A stretch of 63,360 bases of DNA, the filler included, from a bacterium (GTDB lineage: Bacteria > JAJRZV01), in NCBI GenBank assembly GCA_024275095.1. It is 4 parts of 4 records of this genome, joined end to end, with 100 filler letters (N's around TTAATTAATTAA, not from the genome) between each part and the next. Parts side by side here need not be neighbours in the genome. Positions count along the whole stretch, not along the records: positions 25,072 to 42,542 come from JAJRZV010000020.1; positions 42,643 to 55,708 come from JAJRZV010000136.1; 2 more parts are not named here. One strand, written 5' to 3'. Below the pieces are notes generated by a model. It had not been told where the DNA came from. It saw only the letters and a program-made list of their open reading frames with translations, and made no database searches. Position 1 is the stretch's first letter, and every line of letters starts with the position of its first letter. The position numbers and the translations under genes are program-made. This document shows positions 40,649 through 47,796 of the stretch, in pieces.

Positions 40649-41296
40649 ATGGATAAACACAAATTCTTAAAAAATAAAACACCTGTGGTGTTCGGTATAA
40701 TTTTCTTTGTTTGTTGCCCTGTAAAAAGCACTGCCGGTGATGTACAGCTCAGGCACTTGGGGTTCAATTTTCTCACGGGTGGAAAGGTGATGTTTTCAAA
40801 AGCCTTCAAGGGGAAAACGAGGGTACCGTTCGGCGGCACGTTCGAATTATCTATTTTACCGGTAAAGTACTTCGATATAAACTTGAGGCTTCTCTTCACA
40901 AACATATATTACTCGGCCAAAGAAAAGATCGAATTTGCTGACGGCATTAAAATTGACGCAGGCTCTTTAATCCTTGAAGGAGTGTACATTGGATATGACC
41001 ATAACATTCTTCCGGGTAGAAAACTTAATCCCTTTGCCGAAATTGGACTCAATCTTGCATTCCATGGCCTGAGGGGTGGTGATGTCGATGCTGGAGAATG
41101 GAACATCGACATGCTTATGGGAGGAGGCGTCAAGTTTTATCCTGTAAAATCAGGATGGCTGGAATTAAAACTTGAGGCTGGCGTAAGCATCGAACTTTCA
41201 ACCATTTCAGCAAGTATAGGAAGCATTTATGTAAGTGACGTGTTCAATCCGTCTCACTTTTTCTTTCTGGTGGGTGCAGGATTCAGGGTTTTGTAG
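40649..41296 (+). CDS. Small outer-membrane beta-barrel protein
   Basis: Signal peptide and amphipathic strands (LNPFAEIGL, GGGVKFY, FFLVGAGFRVL). Confidence 0.65.
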   Translation: MDKHKFLKNKTPVVFGIIFFVCCPVKSTAGDVQLRHLGFNFLTGGKVMFSKAFKGKTRVPFGGTFELSILPVKYFDINLRLLFTNIYYSAKEKIEFADGIKIDAGSLILEGVYIGYDHNILPGRKLNPFAEIGLNLAFHGLRGGDVDAGEWNIDMLMGGGVKFYPVKSGWLELKLEAGVSIELSTISASIGSIYVSDVFNPSHFFFLVGAGFRVL

Positions 41297-41489
41297 TTTT
41301 TGTAGTATAAGGTGGCGAGACATGACCTGCCCAACGATAAAGTGTGCATCATGGGTCATCGAAGAGGTAATTGGATGATTAAATGTTTAAAAATCCAATC
41401 GATGAAACACTGTGCTTCGCTTATTCCCTTTCTTTTCCAGGTTATCTTTTATATCACGCAAGTAGTTAGCAGCCACCCCTTCCGGCTAT

Positions 41490-42542
41490 TTACTTAATCG
41501 TGATATCACATGTGGCGTAATTAATAACCCCGTTACCCCCATATACCTTTTGAACACCGTACCAGAGTTTTAAAACGCCGTCTTCATACAGTGCTCCAAC
41601 TGGAAAGTAAGCAATATCTGCCGGGGCAAAAAACGGGTTGTTCTGGCATTTGACCCAGGAAATTCCATCATGTGAGAAAGCACAGTTAAACCCGTTCTGG
41701 CCCGAGTCCAGATTCTCCGTGTAAATCAAGAGGAACAAATCCTGATATACAACGACTCTTCTAACCAGATAACGAGTTGACGGATCTACGAAATCGGGAA
41801 GAGGGTTGTCAGGATTTTTTGTCCAGTTGACTCCATCTGGAGATGTGGCAAGCCCGATCTTAAAACTCTCGGCAGAGGAATCACGATAAGAATAAAACAT
41901 ATAGTATGTACCCTCTTTTACCGTTACTGCAAAGTCGGAAAGGTTCCACCACTGGCCGTTTGAGGGGAATACGGGATTGCCCTCGTACAGGGTCCAGGAT
42001 ATTCCGTCATCTGAAGTTGCATACCCGTACTGTTTATTACCGTACAGGTTTACCTCGTTTCCCCAGTAGAAAGCTTCATAGCCTTTCTGTGGATCGTACA
42101 GGAGGTTGTAAGCACATACCCTGTGGTATGCCCAGTCTTCCTGCTTGTTCGGAAACACAGGATTGGTGTCTGCCCTGGTCCAGTTTAACCCATCCGGTGA
42201 TACAGCAAGATATGTTTGCTCCTGGTTATCGCCTGTATTTGCCCAGTAATCTATGTACATTTTGTAGCCCACACTATCTCTCAGAACACCAATTTGTCTA
42301 ATTGCTGCTTCCCAGGTACCTCCTCCTCTTACGAATACAGGATTTCCAGCATAATCAGTGCAGCTGATGGTATATGAACACGAAAGACCTTCATTTGTTT
42401 TTCCATTGCAATTGTTATCCCAGCCATCGCATACCTCTGTGCTTTCCACACAGACACCTGCAGATTCAGGGTTGAGCGCCACCACCCCCAGCGTCACATC
42501 CAGCGCGTACTCGCTCAGGCACACGAACTTCACCGTCTCAGC
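41490..42542 (-). CDS. Five-bladed beta-propeller glycoside hydrolase-like protein with a MopE-like motif (5' partial)
   Basis: EVCDGWDNNCNG motif and four S.DG..W....NP repeats; truncated by the gap. Confidence 0.7.
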   Translation of the reverse strand, partial: AETVKFVCLSEYALDVTLGVVALNPESAGVCVESTEVCDGWDNNCNGKTNEGLSCSYTISCTDYAGNPVFVRGGGTWEAAIRQIGVLRDSVGYKMYIDYWANTGDNQEQTYLAVSPDGLNWTRADTNPVFPNKQEDWAYHRVCAYNLLYDPQKGYEAFYWGNEVNLYGNKQYGYATSDDGISWTLYEGNPVFPSNGQWWNLSDFAVTVKEGTYYMFYSYRDSSAESFKIGLATSPDGVNWTKNPDNPLPDFVDPSTRYLVRRVVVYQDLFLLIYTENLDSGQNGFNCAFSHDGISWVKCQNNPFFAPADIAYFPVGALYEDGVLKLWYGVQKVYGGNGVINYATCDITIK

Positions 42543-42642
42543 NNNNNNNNNNNNNNNNNNNNNNNNNNNNNNNNNNNNNNNNNNNNTTAATTAATTAANN
42601 NNNNNNNNNNNNNNNNNNNNNNNNNNNNNNNNNNNNNNNNNN
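42543..42642. other. Artificial assembly spacer
   Basis: N-run with TTAATTAATTAA. Confidence 0.98.
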
Positions 42643-42961
42643 CAAAGGAAATATCCAGAGGTCGTTAAATCCCTGGAGAAAGACCTGCCTCATCTTTTTA
42701 CTTTCTTTGATGCCCCTCCTCCCGCAAGACGTTCCATGTATACCACAAACATCCTTGAAAGGGCCATTAAGGAGTTCAGAAGAAGAGTGAAAATTATTGA
42801 TTCATTGCCTTCTCCTGATGCACTGTTAAAGCTTATTTTTCTGCGTGTGATGGAGTTTAATTCCTCTGCCGCCACGAGAAAAGCTCGTGGCTTCACGGGC
42901 TGGAGCCTCTGGTCCGAAATGGAAGATGAATTAAAAATTACACACCTTTCTTGACGCTATG
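42643..42961 (+). mobile_element. IS256-family transposase 3' part and right end (partial)
   Basis: YPEVVKSL...LFTFF...YTTNILER...EFRRR.K...P; ends in TTACACACCTTTCTTGACGCTA, like an IS256 terminus. Confidence 0.85.
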
Positions 42962-43384
42962 GCAAACCATCATGCGAAGATCACATTTACACATACTCTT
43001 ATTTAAACATTACTTATTACTTATATAAGATTTTATTTTTATTTAAGCTTTTTTACTTGCTAAAGGGGGATTTCATATGTTAAAATATAAATTGAAAGCC
43101 AGGATAGCGTGGGGTGTGGGCCTCTCACGTCACCCATCCCTCCCTCGGGCCGGGGTCCCACCCCATCACAACTATCCCAGCCATGCTATTAGAAGTAGCA
43201 AAATCAATGCCAAATATGAATGTGCAACGATTTATGGTGAAAGCAGGAATTTAAAATCTTCTCTGTCCAACAAAAACAAAAAATGCTTTAATATTCAACA
43301 CCTTTTACCCTCTCATCACCGGCTCTTCCGGAGTTTTTCATTAAGAGCCACCATGCCGGAATTATTTTTGTGCAAATATTATCG

Positions 43385-43945
43385 TCAAAATTGTAGCAGC
43401 CCTGTCAATTTTTTGACAAAAACATGGCCTGCAAACACCCAAATGAAATAAAAAATTACAACAATTGCTAAATGATATTCCCGATTTCCGGTGAAACGTC
43501 TCAAGCTCCATTTTCCTTCTGATGACGTGAATCTGAACGATCTGGGAACAAAGCGGGGGGTCCTTGAGGCATAAAGCTGATATTCAGTGCCAAACCGCAC
43601 GGCAAGTAGCCTTTCTTCTTCAAGAGCAGCCAGGGTGTGGATGTAAAAAAAGATGGGAAAATAACAAACAAGCAACCACCACAATGCGCCCCCGACACCC
43701 ATTCCTACCATTACCAGAAAACTGCCCAAATAAAGTGGGTGCCTGACAAGACTGTAAGGACCACTGGTGGTGAGCTTGACGTTTTTCTCGATGTGGCCAG
43801 CAGCCCAGGCTCTGATGGTAAATCCTGCCAATGCAAGTACAAAACCCGCTATCCAGGTTTCTTTTTGATAATGCGAAAATGCCAGAGCGAGGATAAAGAA
43901 TAACGTATTGATCATCACCCTGTATTTCAAAAGCATTTTCTTCAT
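43385..43945 (-). CDS. ICMT/PEMT-family membrane methyltransferase
   Basis: Motifs IRAWAAGH, LTTSGPYSLVRHPLYLG and EEE..L...FG.EY..Y...TPRFVP. Confidence 0.9.
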   Translation of the reverse strand: MKKMLLKYRVMINTLFFILALAFSHYQKETWIAGFVLALAGFTIRAWAAGHIEKNVKLTTSGPYSLVRHPLYLGSFLVMVGMGVGGALWWLLVCYFPIFFYIHTLAALEEERLLAVRFGTEYQLYASRTPRFVPRSFRFTSSEGKWSLRRFTGNREYHLAIVVIFYFIWVFAGHVFVKKLTGLLQF

Positions 43946-44814
43946 CTGTTCCTCTCTTCACTCGAGCTGGCAGGTGGGATGTTTTTCCACCGGTCATGCA
44001 TCCAGAGATACTGCTCGGGATAACGCCGAATATAAACCTCCAGCGCACGTGAATACAGAGAAAAAAACTCTTCAGGTGTGGCTGCGTCCTCAATAATTGA
44101 CAGGTATTCCACGCAAAGACTACCTTTTTTGAAATTGGTAAATGCAATGACAGCAGGTGCGCCAGTGCGTTTCATAAGTAGATACGGACTTCGGGGGAAG
44201 CTCGCTGGTTTATTAAAAAACTCCACAAACAGGGCTTTTTCGTAAGGAGTGTTGTGATCCGGTAGTATGGCCACATCACGTTTTGCACGGAGTATCCTCG
44301 ACATCTGGTAGAAAGAACCGTGAAATGGCACCTGGTGCATCCGCATTTTACTTCTCAATTCGACAAGCAATTCTTCAACTTTGGAATTTCTCACGGGTCT
44401 GCCCACGGTGCACAACCCCCCGTAACGAATGGCATGTGCAAATCCTCCAAGTTCCCAGTTGCCCACGTGTGCTGTCAGTATAATCACCCCTGAGCCTTTT
44501 CTACGAGCCTCTTCGTACAGATCTACACCCCTCAATCTCAAATGTTCCTCAAACCATCCCTTACCTTTCCTCAGCACATGAGCTGTTAGCAAAGTCATAC
44601 TCCCCAGATGAGCAAAATGCTTCAATGCAGTGAGAAGGCGCCACCGTCTTGATCTTTGAGGAAATGCCTGTCGAAGATTTTTAAGAGCAATTAACCATCG
44701 CCCCGGGAGAAAAAAAGACGCAATAACACCAATTATTGCCCCACCAAAAACTACCAGTTTTTCTGGTAAAAATCCTGCAAGGTTGATTGCGATTTTAAGA
44801 ACGCGGGCTATCAT
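43942..44814 (-). CDS. lpxL: Lipid A late acyltransferase (LpxL/HtrB family)
   Basis: Motifs NLRQAFP, LTAHVGNWE, ILPD and PEQYLWMHDRWK. Confidence 0.85.
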   Translation of the reverse strand: MIARVLKIAINLAGFLPEKLVVFGGAIIGVIASFFLPGRWLIALKNLRQAFPQRSRRWRLLTALKHFAHLGSMTLLTAHVLRKGKGWFEEHLRLRGVDLYEEARRKGSGVIILTAHVGNWELGGFAHAIRYGGLCTVGRPVRNSKVEELLVELRSKMRMHQVPFHGSFYQMSRILRAKRDVAILPDHNTPYEKALFVEFFNKPASFPRSPYLLMKRTGAPAVIAFTNFKKGSLCVEYLSIIEDAATPEEFFSLYSRALEVYIRRYPEQYLWMHDRWKNIPPASSSEERNR

Positions 44815-45820
44815 CTTGAGTTATACGCTGTAAAAGTATTTTAAAAAACTCCTCTTCATCCGATATGCTCAATTGGATGTCAACAACTATCGTCTTTTCT
44901 TTAACGTCTCGCGGCCAGGTGTCTGAACCATATCGGAGCCGGTCTTTCAAGGTTATAACCACATACGAGGCATCACCCTGATTTAAAGCACGGACCATTT
45001 CGTTCAAATGTTTTTTTTGAAAAACTCCGTGGTCTCCAACAATGATACTTTTTTTTATTTTAAAGTATTTTTCCATTCCCTTTATAAAACGGTAAGGATG
45101 TGCAATACCACAGGCTACCACCACATCTGTTCCCTGTATTTCGGAGGGTGATACGCGTTCGAGTCGCCAGTTATAAAACACCTGCTTCTCATCAACTAAA
45201 AAAATACTTGTGTGCGGAAAACGCTGTGAAATTAAAGCAGGAATTTTTTCAAAATTTCTAAGCACCAGAATTTCATCTCCACGCAAAAAAGAAGGAATAA
45301 CTCTGTGAAGACATCGAGGTTTCAAACGCTCAACATCTGAATAATCTTTCCCATTCAATATTACAATGTCAGCGTTTCTGTATATGTAATATGAAATATA
45401 AGCATCATCCATAATAACAACCGTTTTTTCCAGAAAAGGAACAGATTTTAATGCTGCTCTCTTAGAGGGTCCAGCCAGGACTTTAATATGGAGTGGAGCA
45501 AGGTAAAATGCCTGAAGTGCAGCTTCATCCGGGACAAACATTTTTGCCTCTTTTATATCTTCCACTGTAACAGTATTTTTAAGCCAGCTTTTGTACGAAT
45601 GAGAAACCAGATATACATTCCAACCATGCTGATTAAAAAGTGAAGCCAGAAATACGCATAATGGACTTTTGCCCGCTCCGCCTGCAGAGAGCGAGCCCAC
45701 TGAGATAACTGGAACAGGTGCTCTGTACACCTGTGAGGTTAGCCAATCAAAATATTTTGTCCTTGCCCGCACACACCAGGAGTAAAAAACGCTTGCCAAA
45801 TATATACACTTCTCTCTCAC
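44795..45820 (-). CDS. lpxK: Tetraacyldisaccharide 4'-kinase (divergent)
   Basis: Motifs PVPVISVGSL..GGAGKSP, DE, MDD, CGIAHP..F, DH and TLKD; lies between kdtA and lpxL. Confidence 0.8.
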   Translation of the reverse strand: MREKCIYLASVFYSWCVRARTKYFDWLTSQVYRAPVPVISVGSLSAGGAGKSPLCVFLASLFNQHGWNVYLVSHSYKSWLKNTVTVEDIKEAKMFVPDEAALQAFYLAPLHIKVLAGPSKRAALKSVPFLEKTVVIMDDAYISYYIYRNADIVILNGKDYSDVERLKPRCLHRVIPSFLRGDEILVLRNFEKIPALISQRFPHTSIFLVDEKQVFYNWRLERVSPSEIQGTDVVVACGIAHPYRFIKGMEKYFKIKKSIIVGDHGVFQKKHLNEMVRALNQGDASYVVITLKDRLRYGSDTWPRDVKEKTIVVDIQLSISDEEEFFKILLQRITQDDSPRS

Positions 45821-47085
45821 CTGGACTCTCCACCATGTACACGTCGAATAACATCCACGGTAACTTCCAGGCCGTCTATCGTCTTTAAAATCTCCACAAG
45901 TTCATCCCGTTGACATGGAGGGCCCGACTGAAGAAACTTATCCACAGCAGTCACAACAGCCTCTTCCGAATGTGCAATACACACGCAACCTCTCCTGGCA
46001 AGTTCCTGCACTTCCACTTCATAATTCCAGTGATACGGCCCTACCACCACAGGGACTCCACAAAAAAGAGGTTCGTAAATATTGTGGCCGCCTTTACGTG
46101 AAAAAGATCCTCCCATCACCGCGACAGCCATTGCAGGAAAAAGCGTGTTTAACACGCCCATCTTATCAATTACCATCACTTTCGAATTCTTTGTTTCACC
46201 TGAACTGTACAAAGAATAATCAATGCCATTGTCACTGAGTAACTTCAACAAAACACGCAAAGTATGCAGGTGTCTCGGAGCGATTAGATGAAAGCAGTGT
46301 TTTAACCTTTGAACAGCTCTTATTAACACGGGAAATTCATCTTTGTGAAAGCTCACCCATAACACAGCTTTAGTACTTGAAATCACATGATCGAGAAAGG
46401 AAGGTGGAGAGACGGAAACGGAATATTCCCTGAGCTTGAGCGTACCACCTGTGATAACGTCACGAAGCCCGGGGAAAATTTTACGATAATAAAAAGCGCT
46501 TGAGCTATCTGCAAGGCACACTGTGCGCACGGCCGGAGCACCAGGCCTTAACAAAACTTTCATTATTGAAACCGTCTTGCGCCTCATAAAACCGGCACGA
46601 GCCGCAACAAGAACTACAGGGACACGAAAAATACGACACAAAAATAAAAAAGAAGGCCAGGTTTCACCTTCTATGATAACTACACATGCGGGCCGGACCT
46701 TTTTTAACCACATTGCCGCAATAAAAATCATATCCAGTGGAAACAAAAAGGCCCATTTGATTAAATGGGGTTGGGCTCTTAATACCTGAAGTCCCTCCGG
46801 TGTCATGGAGGCCGCCGCAATGCGTAAATTTACACTATCCTTCTTCAGAACTTCCACAAGCCTTAATACGCTTTTCGCCTCGCCCACAGAAGGTGCGTAA
46901 AATAAATAATCCGGATTGATATCCGGAATGTTCAACGCAAACCTCTCTTTCAACCCTTTTCTCCAGCGGGGCCTGCTCAAGCTGAGAAGTAAAAAAATGG
47001 GAAAAATTGAAACGAATATAACAATCCACATAAAATTGTACAGGGCTATAATAATGTAATCTATTACCATGCCCCCATTCTCCAT
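45817..47085 (-). CDS. waaA: Kdo transferase
   Basis: Motifs SVGE, PLD, EGETWP, IAPRH, DKMGVL and GGSF..KGGHNIYEP. Confidence 0.88.
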   Translation of the reverse strand: MENGGMVIDYIIIALYNFMWIVIFVSIFPIFLLLSLSRPRWRKGLKERFALNIPDINPDYLFYAPSVGEAKSVLRLVEVLKKDSVNLRIAAASMTPEGLQVLRAQPHLIKWAFLFPLDMIFIAAMWLKKVRPACVVIIEGETWPSFLFLCRIFRVPVVLVAARAGFMRRKTVSIMKVLLRPGAPAVRTVCLADSSSAFYYRKIFPGLRDVITGGTLKLREYSVSVSPPSFLDHVISSTKAVLWVSFHKDEFPVLIRAVQRLKHCFHLIAPRHLHTLRVLLKLLSDNGIDYSLYSSGETKNSKVMVIDKMGVLNTLFPAMAVAVMGGSFSRKGGHNIYEPLFCGVPVVVGPYHWNYEVEVQELARRGCVCIAHSEEAVVTAVDKFLQSGPPCQRDELVEILKTIDGLEVTVDVIRRVHGGESR

Positions 47086-47645
47086 TGAAGTTCTTCCAGA
47101 GCACAGTGTTGCAGGTCACAGACAGAACCATGATAAATAATCTCTATCCGGGCAAACGGAAGAGGTATAATCGTTTTATCCCATGTAGGAAGGCGTATAC
47201 AGGATGACACCTTAACTTCCACAGGAACAACAGGAACACCGGCCCGCTTTGCAAGTACGAGCCCGCCCTTTTTCAACCTGCCAGGAGGCCCTTTTGGGCC
47301 GTCTCCGGCCATGGCCACACGAAATCCCGAACGAAGATAACGTGTAAGCCTCAATAATGCTTCAAAACCTCCCTTTGACGATGAACCCCTTACAACTGTA
47401 TACCCTCGCCGCATTGAAAGAGCTGCTGCGGCCATATCACCATCCCGGCTCTGTGAAACCAGGATAGCCACTCGTTTAAAACGGTACAGTGGATAAAGAA
47501 GTAGCATATAAGAATGCCAGAAAAGGTACACAGCGGCTTTACCTTCGACAAAAGCACCTTTTTGGTTTACATATCTGATCCGCCACGTACGGGCAAGAAG
47601 TATCAATATCAATCCTATCACCTTGCCGGCCAGTTTTCTCAGCAT
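47064..47645 (-). CDS. DUF374 lysophospholipid acyltransferase-like protein
   Basis: Motifs FWH, LVSQSRDG, VRGSSSKGG, DGPKGP and WDK..IPLPF. Confidence 0.85.
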   Translation of the reverse strand: MLRKLAGKVIGLILILLARTWRIRYVNQKGAFVEGKAAVYLFWHSYMLLLYPLYRFKRVAILVSQSRDGDMAAAALSMRRGYTVVRGSSSKGGFEALLRLTRYLRSGFRVAMAGDGPKGPPGRLKKGGLVLAKRAGVPVVPVEVKVSSCIRLPTWDKTIIPLPFARIEIIYHGSVCDLQHCALEELQWRMGAW

Positions 47646-47796
47646 TTTATAAGAAGCCCCGTGTGTTGTTTATCTGTACAGAAAGTATATCACCTGTAAA
47701 TTAATTTCATATTTCTATCTTCCGGATCAACTTGACCCTACATATTTATGTAGGGTATACGCAGTTTAAAATTGTAAAAATATTCTCTATACAGAA

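Noticed and set aside
44795-45820. lpxK as a pseudogene because of non-canonical motifs (GSL/GKSP, DDAY)
   Set aside because: The ORF is full length, the Walker A Lys and DD are retained and the operon context is intact; divergence is the simpler explanation.
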